Virus record (IMG/VR): IMGVR_UViG_3300042867_001289 | Span: 32,001-96,000 of that record | Direction: 5' to 3' (one strand) | DNA length: 64,000 nucleotides | DNA from: a virus | Shown here: positions 45,501-56,054 of the stretch, piece by piece | Layout of the letters: every line of letters begins with the position of its first letter | How positions within the stretch are numbered: the first letter of the stretch is position 1 | Notes under the pieces: model-generated | Seen by the model: the letters and a program-made list of their open reading frames with translations, nothing else | Told to the model about the DNA's origin: nothing | Databases searched by the model: none | Translations under genes and position numbers: made by a program

Positions 45501-45615
45501 CGCCCGGCAAACCCACACGCGTAACCTCAACCTCAAACTGAGGCTCCTCCCAAACCTCAACAATATTAGGCAAAGGAACTATAACTTCAGAACGAAGCGA
45601 CTCATCACCACTCAT
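42598..45615 (-). CDS. collagen-like tail fiber protein
   Basis: Two long G-X-Y tracts ([12 protein letters not shown]), G.SAYE.A...GF.G.E..WL.SL.G motif, TFLRGD repeats. Confidence 0.85.
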   Translation of the reverse strand: MSGDESLRSEVIVPLPNIVEVWEEPQFEVEVTRVGLPGADGPPGADGADGADGADGTGSFAAAVVLMTPSLTPEPGDVIYLMQYLPSAPAILAEDSEWAVYDCPARWTITQSYVNSELWEADPNQHVLLMLVGDEMPTVYALVHDVDFEPVEVLGGQVVSVGCGGAGLFTPALWVGFNEGAGLGGFIDPLAAATSFIPHSLTGAEVQIGTYTGFTGTLSYENAGLYVGTAEEAFAVIDAFDLTGTSGLSAYEIAVEEGFVGNEAAWLASLVGAQGDPGPQGDPGAQGDPGAQGDPGDPGAQGDPGAQGSPGGLSWTYTINTLDAGDRDPGNDHIGFVTVPYSSATQIVVDDNPYGINTTLHELFLSIQGGYLLVTSQSDPSTYASWEIVSCVGGTVDTEGGSYVIFTVNPSNMGYGSFSNAELVTFSINVAGPQGDPGAQGDPGAQGDPGPQGDPGPQGDPGAQGDPGPQGDPGAQGDPGPQGDPGPQGDPGAQGDPGPQGDPGAQGDPGPQGDPGAPALWNFTGAYSAGASYAIGDIATYEGQTWYRLDAHGGNTGDTPVEGTYWTLIAAEGAQGDPGTVQSVTGTSPIAITGTPTDPNVTLGPIDASQTTTGIFSPALLGTGTASADTFLRGDSTWTDDVPLQISVKNTSGGALTKGTPVYATGTVGATTVIEVAGADASVGAKMPSIGLLMQDLAINGTGLVMIMGTITGLNTTGYGINSGMFVAPGGGLTNTRPTAATDLVQNVARVTRVHATTGSVMVLGPGRTNDVPNLIGTNFLATSGTASATTFLRGDQSWSTAITSVTGTAPIVSSGSSSAPDISINSATTSLPGSMSAADKTILDTLNTGYKVLSKTTFASATASVDINPTGYSNIKIVLQGRGDSAATSVGVRMRINGSTASEYLINASAATTSFNSNGSLPGSLTNTNRQGYWECDFTVGGVGKYTAGVQRGVHQLSTAAVGVAVTQNALIFANDTAAITSILVFPSADNFAIGSKITVLGLV
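44067..44323. repeat. 18-bp coding tandem repeat (collagen [12 protein letters not shown])
   Basis: About 14 units; a shorter tract at ~44687-44800. Confidence 0.85.
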
Positions 45616-45974
45616 ACGTCTGCCTCAACACGAGTAACAGAAGGCTTAAACCTAAAAACACCCTTGATAACCTTATCGGCCTCACCATCAGGAGGATAAA
45701 GAAAAAGGTCATAAACCCCATCAGTAGTAATACCCACACCATCCTCAACCGAAATAGTTAAATCAATCCAACCCTCAGCAGACAAAACGATACAACCATT
45801 CTCAGTAGTCATATCAATCAAAAACTGGGAAGCCTCAATCAAAGAACGAACACTCATACGCGCCGTCCAATCATTCCCAAAAACCACATCCGTGCCATCA
45901 GAATTACGATACCGGACACGACGAGACCAATACTCGCCTTCCTCGTAATCAAAATTGTGCACACCAGCAGCCAC
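45612..45974 (-). CDS. tail-associated hypothetical protein (BppU N-terminal-like)
   Basis: ARM.VR...G.I.L.I...GVYDL.L......KVI.G.F...P.VTR. Confidence 0.65.
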   Translation of the reverse strand: MAAGVHNFDYEEGEYWSRRVRYRNSDGTDVVFGNDWTARMSVRSLIEASQFLIDMTTENGCIVLSAEGWIDLTISVEDGVGITTDGVYDLFLYPPDGEADKVIKGVFRFKPSVTRVEADV

Positions 45975-46058
45975 AGAAACTCTTTCAACCAGTAAACGCC
46001 AACCCCTATATTAGGTGCCCACTACAATTTGCGGCGCAGCAAATAACACTTATAAAAG

Positions 46059-46253
46059 CTACTCAGCCGAATACCACTCAACGATTCTTTCCTGAGCCAT
46101 CTCAAACATCCCAAGAGCAGTCCACGGAGTCAAAGACTCAGAAGAAATAACCTGAAGATTTATACCGTCTTCGCTAACAATCTCAGCGATAATGATGTAA
46201 TTGGAAACAATAGAATTTGGGAAGTTCTCATTGATGATTCCCTCGATGTCCAC
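46059..46253 (-). CDS. hypothetical protein, 64 aa
   Basis: AAGGAG RBS, PW..LGM motif. Confidence 0.65.
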   Translation of the reverse strand: MDIEGIINENFPNSIVSNYIIIAEIVSEDGINLQVISSESLTPWTALGMFEMAQERIVEWYSAE

Positions 46254-46268
46254 TTTTGTCTCCTTTGA

Positions 46269-47432
46269 TCATGTTTTGATTATGTAATTCAGGTGGATGA
46301 ACGGTGGCCTGATATCCAGAGGTGTACTAGTACCGCCACTATTTCCTGACAGGCCAGTATATGGATTCACATCAAAATTATGAGCATGAAGTCCTCCGGC
46401 TTGAGTATAGTAACCAACATTCGCAGTAGAGCTAAGGAGCCCAAGCCCAAAACCATTTGTACCAGTTCCAGTTCCACCAATACTTGGTATTGGATGCTGA
46501 TGATTACCCTGAGCGTCCGTAGCCTGATTCGGATGATCATGATTAATATTATGCTGATGCGGAGGCAAATTAGCTATTGAAAGCGTCTTCGTGTCAGACC
46601 CACCGGTAACACCAAGAGACTTACTGCCAAGCATCCATTCACCAGAATTAACACCACAAACAAAAGCGCCACGCAAATCAGGCAACGTAAACGTATCAAT
46701 AGAAACAGAACCATAAGTAGTCCCAATAACAGCAAACAAATTAGCATACTCAGCCCGAGAAACAGAAGCCCCAGCAGCCATCAACCAACCCGCAGGAACC
46801 TTTGTATCAGGACCAGCAAAAGACATAACAGCACCAATAGGCCAACGCTCAGAAGCAACAATTCTTGTTCTCGTTATAGCCTGATCGGCAATCTTTGCAG
46901 TAGTAACGACACCATCACCAAGTTTAGCAGTAGAATTTATTGCCCCATCCTGGATATGAGCAGCGTTAACAGACCCAGTTCCCATAACGTGGACATGGTC
47001 AGCCCGTGCGAAACTTTCAGCGCTTCCACCCAGAGTAGTCGTTCCGATTGGCCTCACTTCGGATGTTAGACCCCACGACCGGGTAGCGTGAACATGGTCT
47101 GCTCTTGCAGAATATACGCTTGTTCCTTCTGATTGTGATTGCCCTGGGAAAACCTCTTCAGGAACATCAAAATCGTTAATTGAAAACCATCTCGTACCAT
47201 CGCAATAGTACAAAACTAAAACATTATCAGTATTGCTTGTATCTGAAGCTAGGTAAAATGTTCTAACCGTCTCGTCTCCAGCTGCTGGCCTATTCTCGCT
47301 TGGGCCAGACAAAAATTTTGCTGCCAACGATTCTAACTGCATATGAGACTGATTCATTTGATCGCGCGTAAACGGATCAGTGCCAAAAGGCCAAGTATAG
47401 ATTCCGAACCGTGGTGTTTCTGTTGCCGCCAT
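46269..47432 (-). CDS. tail collar domain protein
   Basis: PIGAVMSFAG...PAGWL...G..VSR..YA.LF.VIGT.YG...F.LPDLRG; LNYIIK. Confidence 0.9.
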   Translation of the reverse strand: MAATETPRFGIYTWPFGTDPFTRDQMNQSHMQLESLAAKFLSGPSENRPAAGDETVRTFYLASDTSNTDNVLVLYYCDGTRWFSINDFDVPEEVFPGQSQSEGTSVYSARADHVHATRSWGLTSEVRPIGTTTLGGSAESFARADHVHVMGTGSVNAAHIQDGAINSTAKLGDGVVTTAKIADQAITRTRIVASERWPIGAVMSFAGPDTKVPAGWLMAAGASVSRAEYANLFAVIGTTYGSVSIDTFTLPDLRGAFVCGVNSGEWMLGSKSLGVTGGSDTKTLSIANLPPHQHNINHDHPNQATDAQGNHQHPIPSIGGTGTGTNGFGLGLLSSTANVGYYTQAGGLHAHNFDVNPYTGLSGNSGGTSTPLDIRPPFIHLNYIIKT

Positions 47433-49321
47433 CAGGCCTCCAATGCTGTTATACGCTGCGCCAGCTCATCTAGAGCGGCAGCTACTTGGTCTGGTGGACT
47501 AACCCAATCTGCTGGGATGGCAGGCGCATACGGCACTTCTGGTGCGTGTTCCGTTAACACCGAAACGGCATCAGTGCCAGCAAGAACAACAATTTCTCCA
47601 GGGACGATTTCCAGGGTTGAATCAACCCGACTAGCACCTACAACGATTCGCTTATCGTCAACTAGGACAAGTTCAGTCTGATTAGTTAAATACCCGGCTG
47701 AAGCTCCAAGAGTCCAAATGCCGTTAACGCTAGCAGCGGACTGGTTAGGCAAATAGACGGTTATATCGTTAGGATTAGTTGTAGGCCAGGAGTAAAGAGC
47801 GACTTCTTCAGTAGCGATACAATCAACCGAAAGGGTTAAAGGAACAAAGGAGCTATCAGTTAGTGTAGAAATACCATCGGTTCCAGCAAGAACAACAATC
47901 TCACCGGGGACAATCTCCAAAGTCGAGTCAACACGACTAGCACCAACAACAATTCTTTTCTCGTCGACTAGGACAAGTTCAGTCTGATCGGTCAGAGACG
48001 CTGCCGAAGCCGCAAGAGTCCAAATCCCGTTAGCGCTAGCAGCAGACTGGCTAGGCAGATAAACAGTTGCGGAAGCGGCGTTATCGCCCGGCCACCCATA
48101 GATAGTGACTTCTTCGGTAGCGATGCAATCAACCGAAAATGTTAGAGGTAAAAGCGATCGACTTCTCTGAACAGCCGAATCGTCAACAACTATATAGGTG
48201 GCGGTTACAACAGCTAAAGCTAAAAGAACCTCATCTTCACCAGGCAACCAGTCAGTCATCCCAGAAGGAAGCCCATCAGAAGGCTGGACCACACTAACAA
48301 CACCAGCATCGTTCACGACAACAGCATCAACCCGCCGAGAAAGCCCAATAGGAAAAGTGGACTCAGCGGCATCTAACGAAAAGCTTGCCGCATCAAAAAC
48401 AACATTTAACCCATTTATACTTACTACCCCGGCTTCGACCTCAAGATCAAGCCCACCAAACGAATAAACGTTTCCAGCTTCGACAAGACTATTAAGACTT
48501 AACGATTGAGCCTTAATCAGATTCAAAGATAGCTCTACCTGCGTTAAAGAATAATCTAAAGTCTGCTGAGAAAGATGGTATTCCTTGGCCTCAGCCGAAT
48601 GAGGATCAACCCAAATGCCGTTTGAAATTTGGATTAATTCACCTGCAGTCAGATGCAAAAGATAATTAAGGCTATCAACGTTCTGCCCTGGGGTTGTAAG
48701 GTCAAAGGCCTCATCCCATGAAATATCTAAATTCAAATAAGCGTTTTCAACATCACTAACAAACTGTGCGTTAGGTGAAATGATTACACGGTCGTTGATC
48801 CCTGGTTGAATCGAAAATTTCGATATGCTCAAATCCGGTTGGATCACATATAAGCCGGGCTGATTAACTACAGGGTCGGCTTGAACGTCGCCCATAGAGT
48901 TTGCGATTAAAAGAAGCTCGCCAATTTCTGGGACATATTCCAAAGTGGATATGTAAGGGGTTCCATAAAAAGACGTAGAAACAAACCCGACTACAAAAGT
49001 CGCTGAACTTTGCGTAGTTAAATTTGCGTACACATAATCAAAAACTTCTTGACCATTGTCAAAAGGTGCACCCGTATAAGAATTGTCGTAAACAACAGCC
49101 GAAGCGGCCATGCTGCTAGTTTCATAAACTAGAGCTTGAACAAGGTTGGGTCGATCTGCGATAACCGCATCAAGCTGACTCACAACCTCTTTAAGGCCAG
49201 CAGCTAACGCATTGTGATGGTTATGATGATCCAACGCTGGGTCAACATTGCCTTCACGCTCAGTCTCGTCAGTGATTGTCGACGGGAGAGTAATCGGATT
49301 CGGTTTATTCGTCCATGCCAT
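47432..49321 (-). CDS. tail/virion hypothetical protein with internal ~100-aa duplication
   Basis: PLT.SVDCIATEEV...VVLAGTD occurs twice. Confidence 0.75.
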   Translation of the reverse strand: MAWTNKPNPITLPSTITDETEREGNVDPALDHHNHHNALAAGLKEVVSQLDAVIADRPNLVQALVYETSSMAASAVVYDNSYTGAPFDNGQEVFDYVYANLTTQSSATFVVGFVSTSFYGTPYISTLEYVPEIGELLLIANSMGDVQADPVVNQPGLYVIQPDLSISKFSIQPGINDRVIISPNAQFVSDVENAYLNLDISWDEAFDLTTPGQNVDSLNYLLHLTAGELIQISNGIWVDPHSAEAKEYHLSQQTLDYSLTQVELSLNLIKAQSLSLNSLVEAGNVYSFGGLDLEVEAGVVSINGLNVVFDAASFSLDAAESTFPIGLSRRVDAVVVNDAGVVSVVQPSDGLPSGMTDWLPGEDEVLLALAVVTATYIVVDDSAVQRSRSLLPLTFSVDCIATEEVTIYGWPGDNAASATVYLPSQSAASANGIWTLAASAASLTDQTELVLVDEKRIVVGASRVDSTLEIVPGEIVVLAGTDGISTLTDSSFVPLTLSVDCIATEEVALYSWPTTNPNDITVYLPNQSAASVNGIWTLGASAGYLTNQTELVLVDDKRIVVGASRVDSTLEIVPGEIVVLAGTDAVSVLTEHAPEVPYAPAIPADWVSPPDQVAAALDELAQRITALEA

Positions 49322-49375
49322 CTGACAATCCTCCAGTGGTCATTCTACGCTATTTGATCTCACTCATAGTCTCAA

Positions 49376-51778
49376 CTATGTGATGTTTGAACCATAAACA
49401 TAAGAACTACCGTATATGCCGGGATCGCCATAAGACTCTGATTCAAACACCTGCAAAGCCACTGAACGATGCTCAACACCATATCCGGCAGGTATGACTC
49501 GGCTTAACGCTTTCATAACCTGCAAAGAGGTTTCACCGACAGCTTTAACTCCAGGCGTTTCCTCAACTATGGTTTCCACCCTAATCTGCCATGGGTCGCC
49601 ACCGACACGGCGAACAATCCGCACCTGCTTATCGCCCCTAAGAACGCGTCTAACCGATTCGGCTAGAGCATCCTGTGTGCCGCCGCGTAACCCACTCACA
49701 GCAGTTTTTACTTGCCACCGCCAGTAATCGTAACTATTGGATTCGCTGTCATCGAATGATTCGATTTCACCCCAGCTGACAGCACCATCCCTGTTCCCGT
49801 TAGGGCTTGGCAATTCGTCGGGTTCGATTTCCCATTCATCCCAATTTTGCAATGGTTCTGGTACATCTGTAGTGAGTTCTTGGAAAGCGAGATTATCCCA
49901 TGCGGTAAAACCAGTTGAATTGTCTTCGATCTTAACGCCAACCAGAGTTCCGAGCCAATCCAAAAATTTTATGCAACAGATATCTGGATTAACAAGCTTT
50001 GATCTGATCTCGCCACTATCTAAAGAAACTTCATCTGGTGCTATGTATCTGAGCTCAGACCAGATTCTTTCAATTTGACCAGCAGTGATATAGAGAACAT
50101 TAATGAACTGACCTAATGGATACCTTGGTTCCACCTGCAACTCGTCCGCTTCAGTTATGTACGCAGGTAGGCGATCCCAGACTTCATAACTGAAAGAATT
50201 TTCGTATCTAAAACCAGGGACAGTTAATGCTGGTGCAGCAAAATAGATCGCATCGCCAGCTTCTTCTGCATCAATTTCAAAAGTTGTTCGAAGGATAGTT
50301 TCGCCATCAGGTGGCATCCTGTTGGGAGAATACAGCGACAACAACTGCCACTGATTTGGTTTAACTGAAATGAGCTCAGAAGTTTTTTCAACCTGACCAA
50401 AACGGGTAGCGGTAAAAATCATGTTTACCTCCACCCGCCTAGGTGCCCAAATCCAAATAAAGCTTCTCTGGTACCGGTTCATAAACCGCCGAGGAAGCAC
50501 ATACCGGGCGGAACCTAAAACAAACTTTTCACCATCTGAAATAACTCGCAGGCTATTAATATCATCATGGAGGAGCTTTGTGCGGCTTGCACCTAAAGAT
50601 GCATTACCGCCAACAATCTCCCAATTCCCGACACTTGAATCAAAAGAAAAATCATTGCCCTTATAAAGGTTATTATCCAATAATGTTGGGAACCAACAAT
50701 CCCCATTATCTTCTTCAACTATCAGCTTGCCAATACTCGGTGGTACCGGAACCAGAATGGTATCGGAATCAGATACGCTCCCGCCCCTATAAGACAAAAA
50801 GGAAACTGCTTCGAAATTACCTGAAGAATTAGCTTTGCCAGTAACTTCAACAACAACAATCCCATCAATATCACCAATATTGATTAGACCATTATTCCAA
50901 GGAACTTCAAGGCCATTAAGCCGTACCGTATCTATAGAGATTTCAAAAGGCCACGAGATCTGCAATCCAGCAGAATCCACCAACCCTTCGACCTCGGTAA
51001 GATAAGAAACCACTTCACCTAATGTTGCCGATTCAACAGACCAGTTAGCTTCAATGTCAGGAGCTTCAACAACGACCGCTTCGCAAACAAAAACTTCCGA
51101 ATCGTGGACTTCCCAATTAATACCCCACGAGAAGCTTTCATCAACTACAGGCGTTCGCAAGGTTGCGACTAAAGAAACAGCCCCAACCGGAGCCTCGGGA
51201 ACCTCAACGGTAGTGCCGAGTCTTACAGTTTCGCCAACAGTGAAACCAGACGAAGCCCCCTGGAAAGTTGCACTTGTGTACGTTGTCGGTAAAACCTCAG
51301 GGGTTTCATCAGAGAACGAACGGTAAAGGGAGACGAGAGGATCGCCAACGCGTGCACCGGCTACGTCAACCCATTCGAGGGTTGCCATAACGTATTCGGA
51401 AACACAATCAGAACAATCTCCAGCTAAAACAAATATCCCATTCCCACCGCTAACAATGATCGTTGAGACTGCTGAGTCTTCGTATTCTTCGGCATCGGTG
51501 ACGGTTAAGGTGGTGACATATATTCCAGGTCCAGCATAAATGTGCGTAATTGTTTCTAGGGAAGACGATGCTGTCCCATCGCCGAAATCCCAAAGATACG
51601 ATAGGGCTGATACGCCTGTTGACGTTGAACCATCAAACGCTACTGAAAGAGGCGAATCCCCATTCGAGACATCGGTAAGAATTACCGCTATTGGATCAGG
51701 ATGCACTGGCGGTGTTCCCGCAGAACCAAGGGTGTCTTCACCTCCGACTTCTGAAGATCCGACGTTAAAGATTCCCAT
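49376..51778 (-). CDS. PKD-domain protein with baseplate wedge-like C-terminus
   Basis: YLWDFGDG PKD; RLP.YI..D, LDWL...VGV, RGGT...L. Confidence 0.7.
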   Translation of the reverse strand: MGIFNVGSSEVGGEDTLGSAGTPPVHPDPIAVILTDVSNGDSPLSVAFDGSTSTGVSALSYLWDFGDGTASSSLETITHIYAGPGIYVTTLTVTDAEEYEDSAVSTIIVSGGNGIFVLAGDCSDCVSEYVMATLEWVDVAGARVGDPLVSLYRSFSDETPEVLPTTYTSATFQGASSGFTVGETVRLGTTVEVPEAPVGAVSLVATLRTPVVDESFSWGINWEVHDSEVFVCEAVVVEAPDIEANWSVESATLGEVVSYLTEVEGLVDSAGLQISWPFEISIDTVRLNGLEVPWNNGLINIGDIDGIVVVEVTGKANSSGNFEAVSFLSYRGGSVSDSDTILVPVPPSIGKLIVEEDNGDCWFPTLLDNNLYKGNDFSFDSSVGNWEIVGGNASLGASRTKLLHDDINSLRVISDGEKFVLGSARYVLPRRFMNRYQRSFIWIWAPRRVEVNMIFTATRFGQVEKTSELISVKPNQWQLLSLYSPNRMPPDGETILRTTFEIDAEEAGDAIYFAAPALTVPGFRYENSFSYEVWDRLPAYITEADELQVEPRYPLGQFINVLYITAGQIERIWSELRYIAPDEVSLDSGEIRSKLVNPDICCIKFLDWLGTLVGVKIEDNSTGFTAWDNLAFQELTTDVPEPLQNWDEWEIEPDELPSPNGNRDGAVSWGEIESFDDSESNSYDYWRWQVKTAVSGLRGGTQDALAESVRRVLRGDKQVRIVRRVGGDPWQIRVETIVEETPGVKAVGETSLQVMKALSRVIPAGYGVEHRSVALQVFESESYGDPGIYGSSYVYGSNIT

Positions 51779-54615
51779 TAGGGTCCTTCAACTTGCTGCA
51801 TCCAGTCAATGACATGCTGGCTTCCAACTGGTGCTGGTATTGGATTCGAGTTATATCGTTCAAGCATTGAATCGTGATCCGTCATCGTCATATACAAGCT
51901 CAAGAGTTCACTTTTATCTGCTGCAGCAAACGCATCAACAAGAGGATCTAGCTGATTATCAGCATTAAAAGATGGTACAAGTTCATCCCAGCGGCCATAA
52001 CAATAACCTATCGGCTTATCATTTGCTGCTACATACTCCTGGAGTCTTAAACCATCGTAATCGTAAGATGGTCCAGGCTGATTAGTCAGAATTTGCCATG
52101 CCAACTTCACAACGGGTATAGACGGGATTGGCTCCGTAGCAACTGCTCGTTCCATGTCTACAGGTCCTGCCCATGAAAAAGCGCCAAGAAAATCTGGATC
52201 TCCACCAGAATAAGTTAAATCTCGGTGGAAGGCTGATCCATCATCCGTAATATCTTTTGTCAACATTGAAGCTTTAGCTAAAAATCCTCCAGCAGAATAC
52301 CCGGTAGCGAATTTTCTTGTAGGGCTCAAATCGTAATCTGAACCGTCAGTTTCGACCCAACGCCCGCAAGCCTTATAATCTATGAGATCCTGTGGCCAAT
52401 GAACGGCAGGCGTAGCACCGGCAAGCTTCGCTAATCGGTAGCCGACGCATAGAACAGCGTAACCATTATTGATCAGATCCTGTTTGAAATCTTCGGGGAT
52501 ATCAGTAGTTTTTCCGCCAACGAAGAACCCAGAAAAACCCCATAGAATAGTCGGCCATCCACCTATAGGAGGCTCCCCGTTAGGGATATGCAAATCACCT
52601 TTAGCTGCAGAACCATTAACAGCAGGATCGCCGCCACCCATGTTGATATCAAAATAGCTCGTATACGGCGGCTGAGATATTTCAGGCGATGAAAGAAGCA
52701 CTTCGACAGAATTAGAAACCCACATATTAGTTCCATCCCAAACCATAGAGAGTGGGCTGCTTCGCATATCTATGGTTGAGGTAACACTATTTGTAGCCGG
52801 GTTAATTTTTGATATATCCCCAGATCCGTTATTGGCAACCCAGATGCTAGTGCCGTCATATGCCAGTCCGCGAGGCGATTTTCCAACAGGTATAGGATCT
52901 CCAACAACCAAGTTAGTGGCAGGGTCAATCTTTGAAACAGTATTAGAGCCGCTATTAGCAACCCAAATATATCCTGCAGCCGACAGGACCGCAAAAGGCC
53001 TAGAACCCTGTGGCATCAAAATTGTTGCTAATACGCTATTAGCCGATATGCCGCTAGTACCGATTTTATAAACACGATCACCCAAAGGTTCATTGTTATC
53101 ATTGGAGCACGCAACCCAAATATTTGTCCCCTGAGATACCATCCCCTTCGCCGTATAATTAGTGTTGTTTAGGACAATAACAGTTTGCGCCACAACATTA
53201 TTGGCTGGGCCAGTGGGCGTTATGCGAGTAATTTTTGTTCTAGGAACAGGCAAAGTCTTTATTGTCGTAGCCGATCCCGGATTCAGCAATGTTGACTGGC
53301 TAGTAGCCCAAATTGATCCCTGAGCATATAGAACTTCAGTTGGAAGATTCCCTACGTCTATCGTGGGGGTAGGATTGGTTGTACCACTAGGGTATGCTAC
53401 CGGAATCCCCGTGGTGGCAAGAATTCTCATTATCCCATTAGCTGAAGAGTTCGTTATCCAAAGATATTTTGATCCATCGTATGTAATTGATTTAGACCCA
53501 TACGCATTTGATGTTGTGGATACAGCTGAAGTCGCTATATCAATTTTTGAGAGTAAATTTACCCCATTATGAGTAGCGTAAATGGAAGGTGGTATAGCAG
53601 GTACTGACGTCGGATTGTTGATGTACAGTAAACTTCTCACACTCTCAGATACGGGGATATGAGATATTACGCCTGTAGTCCCATTTATTTTTGATACAAC
53701 ACTGTCAAATGGTACAATATTGCCGTTACTAGTTTTTCTTCCTTCTAGACTTAATAAGTTTTCTGTTACCCCATCCCATTCTGAATATTTTGGCTGGTTT
53801 ACTTGCGCTCCGATTCTTTTGTCGTAATAACCAATAGGAGTCATATCCTGATCGTATAAAAGGATATTTTTAAAATAAATAGGTGGGGCTAGAGCAGACG
53901 CCAAAGGGTAAGTATCAGTGTTGCAACCAAACTCAATGGTATCGAAGTCAGCTGCGCCTGGTGCAAATTGTTGCGTAATCTTAAATACACTATTTGCGTT
54001 AGCGTTAGGCGTTAATGGAATGGTCCATCCGGTAACAGTCACAAGATTTGTTGAACTTACAGAAATCTCTATCCGATACTTCCACAAAGCGGTTGTATAG
54101 ATAGCCCCATTGGACTGCACCGACATAGCTTTCTGAGTCGTTCCATCCATAATCGCCATACGCTGAGCATCGACACCCTTAGTAGGAATGAAGGCTTGGA
54201 CTATTCGTAAACCGAGCTTCCTGACACCACCATCATCAAGGGTGCCACCGGATCTAAATGTCAAAAAATCAAAGTTTGCAAGCGTTGGGTTTGCAGATAA
54301 TTGCATTTCAAAATACATAGAGTAAGGAGGATTTACGGTAATCAAATCAGGAAGTTTAGTAACTGAATCAATGGCACTAGTATCAAAATTTTCAAAACCT
54401 ATAGCGGACCGTTGACCAAGAAAGTTAGCAATATAAATACTTTTTTGCCTACTAGCCTCAGCTCCAGCAACCTGGGTTAAAGAATAAAAAAAATCGGGTT
54501 TAGTATCACAATAGGTGAATGGATTGTCGTTCACACCTCGATCACCAGGGCGAAGCTCGCCAGCACCAGGAGACCCTTTAGCATCCCACCCCGTCCACTT
54601 GAATATTAAAGACAT
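51778..54615 (-). CDS. virion protein with beta-propeller and alpha/beta-hydrolase (esterase) domain
   Basis: IWVAN..S.TVSKIDP.TN blades; GFFVGG.K, VGYRL, GYSAGG nucleophile elbow. Confidence 0.78.
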   Translation of the reverse strand: MSLIFKWTGWDAKGSPGAGELRPGDRGVNDNPFTYCDTKPDFFYSLTQVAGAEASRQKSIYIANFLGQRSAIGFENFDTSAIDSVTKLPDLITVNPPYSMYFEMQLSANPTLANFDFLTFRSGGTLDDGGVRKLGLRIVQAFIPTKGVDAQRMAIMDGTTQKAMSVQSNGAIYTTALWKYRIEISVSSTNLVTVTGWTIPLTPNANANSVFKITQQFAPGAADFDTIEFGCNTDTYPLASALAPPIYFKNILLYDQDMTPIGYYDKRIGAQVNQPKYSEWDGVTENLLSLEGRKTSNGNIVPFDSVVSKINGTTGVISHIPVSESVRSLLYINNPTSVPAIPPSIYATHNGVNLLSKIDIATSAVSTTSNAYGSKSITYDGSKYLWITNSSANGIMRILATTGIPVAYPSGTTNPTPTIDVGNLPTEVLYAQGSIWATSQSTLLNPGSATTIKTLPVPRTKITRITPTGPANNVVAQTVIVLNNTNYTAKGMVSQGTNIWVACSNDNNEPLGDRVYKIGTSGISANSVLATILMPQGSRPFAVLSAAGYIWVANSGSNTVSKIDPATNLVVGDPIPVGKSPRGLAYDGTSIWVANNGSGDISKINPATNSVTSTIDMRSSPLSMVWDGTNMWVSNSVEVLLSSPEISQPPYTSYFDINMGGGDPAVNGSAAKGDLHIPNGEPPIGGWPTILWGFSGFFVGGKTTDIPEDFKQDLINNGYAVLCVGYRLAKLAGATPAVHWPQDLIDYKACGRWVETDGSDYDLSPTRKFATGYSAGGFLAKASMLTKDITDDGSAFHRDLTYSGGDPDFLGAFSWAGPVDMERAVATEPIPSIPVVKLAWQILTNQPGPSYDYDGLRLQEYVAANDKPIGYCYGRWDELVPSFNADNQLDPLVDAFAAADKSELLSLYMTMTDHDSMLERYNSNPIPAPVGSQHVIDWMQQVEGP

Positions 54616-55169
54616 TACAAAGGCCGTCTAAAGATTAGGCTTCCGACAGGAACGCCTTCTGGTAACGCCTCGCCTATATCAACAACAAAGATACCCGTAC
54701 CAGCAGCACCATCAGCACCCGCAGGGCCCTCACTAATAGCGATAAGGACACGCCTATCGCTAATCATCCCAGGAGTGATATTCGTTATCGTAGGAGGAAT
54801 ATAAACTGCAGCCAGCTTGATTGAATCTGTACTCAACTCTGGTTCCAAAGGCGAAGCCGCAGCGACACCAGTTTTCACCGCGGGTATACCAGAAGTGTTA
54901 ACCTCGATCAGGTCGATACGCGGATTAGTTGCGTTAGCCGCAGTGAACGATAAAGCGGTCAGGCTCACGTTGACATGTCCGAGAGCAAAACTTGGTTGTA
55001 CCACACCAGCAGCTACAGAGATACTCATACCTGATACACCGTCGGATACGAGACATCCGCTAACTACACCCTTGCCAGCTTGGGCAAGAACAATGTCCTG
55101 CAAAGCCGAACTGTAGATACGGGCCTGCGCAGCGTATTCGGCTTCGCTAAGATTCGGAATATCCCACAT
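54615..55169 (-). CDS. tail hypothetical protein
   Basis: GV.SG..V...MS.SV.AG, PRIDLI, LA.VY.P, I.D.R pattern of phage tail proteins. Confidence 0.7.
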   Translation of the reverse strand: MWDIPNLSEAEYAAQARIYSSALQDIVLAQAGKGVVSGCLVSDGVSGMSISVAAGVVQPSFALGHVNVSLTALSFTAANATNPRIDLIEVNTSGIPAVKTGVAAASPLEPELSTDSIKLAAVYIPPTITNITPGMISDRRVLIAISEGPAGADGAAGTGIFVVDIGEALPEGVPVGSLIFRRPL

Positions 55170-55193
55170 ATCAGTATGTCCTTTGAGTTTTCA

Positions 55194-55565
55194 TTAGAAT
55201 GCCTCAACCCATGTTAGACCATCAGTCGAAATAGATACTTCGATTGAAGTCGCATTGATTACATGACACCAAATGTACAACGGGTAAGTACCACATCTAG
55301 GTTTGCCGAGGAAATACAGCATGATGCTAGAAGATTCTTCGTCTAAAAGCGCAACCGGTTCAGTAGCAAAAGGCAAAACCGTTTCAGCTAATATTGCTGG
55401 GGACCACCCGTCGACAGGGGCAACCCCTGGGGTTGAACCAGGAACTATTTGACTCCCAGCAAAACCGAGTCGCGCTATTTCTTGGCCAGCAAAATTGTCG
55501 ATAGACAAAAGCCAATTATCTATCTCGAACTCGGAATGGAAACCCAAAACTTCAGAACAGGCCAT
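55194..55565 (-). CDS. hypothetical protein, 123 aa
   Basis: Colinear, TGATG coupling. Confidence 0.65.
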   Translation of the reverse strand: MACSEVLGFHSEFEIDNWLLSIDNFAGQEIARLGFAGSQIVPGSTPGVAPVDGWSPAILAETVLPFATEPVALLDEESSSIMLYFLGKPRCGTYPLYIWCHVINATSIEVSISTDGLTWVEAF

Positions 55566-55789
55566 CAGGCTATACCAGCGACGTCATCGATAACCATCTG
55601 AAAAGTTAAACCAGTTTCTGGATCAGGAACAATCTCGGTAAATTGAAAATCGTTCTCTTCGAGAATGTCGACGAGAACAACTTTTAGTGGAGTAATACTA
55701 AAATTCAGGCTTACCTTTTCGCCAACAGCGGGCATCCCTAAATCCCATACAGCATTTTGCATAGGCAAAATTGGTAATTCATCCGGCAT
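55565..55789 (-). CDS. hypothetical protein, 74 aa
   Basis: GGGGTGAG before MPDELPI. Confidence 0.6.
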   Translation of the reverse strand: MPDELPILPMQNAVWDLGMPAVGEKVSLNFSITPLKVVLVDILEENDFQFTEIVPDPETGLTFQMVIDDVAGIA

Positions 55790-56054
55790 TGAACTCACCC
55801 CATAACGCAGAGAAGAACATGGCAACAGAAACGGAAGTACCCTGACCTAAAGGGCGACCAAAATCTTGCCATGCGCCAATAGCGATAGAATCGTCTCCTG
55901 CCGGAGAAGAAACTACTGTATAAAAATTATCGGGTATTGAAACGCTGGCTTTAGAAAAATTATCTTCACATGTGGTTATGAGATGAGGGGAACCAGGGTC
56001 TTCCCCACCGTAGGTGGCACCAGATCCGTAAGAGACTGACTCATAAGTTGGCAT
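55779..56054 (-). CDS. hypothetical protein, 91 aa
   Basis: TGATG coupling to upstream gene. Confidence 0.6.
   Translation of the reverse strand: MPTYESVSYGSGATYGGEDPGSPHLITTCEDNFSKASVSIPDNFYTVVSSPAGDDSIAIGAWQDFGRPLGQGTSVSVAMFFSALWGEFNAG

Noticed and set aside
44067-48150. Diversity-generating retroelement or non-coding repeat array
   Set aside because: Repeats are in-frame collagen or domain duplications, differences are not adenine-specific, and no reverse transcriptase is present
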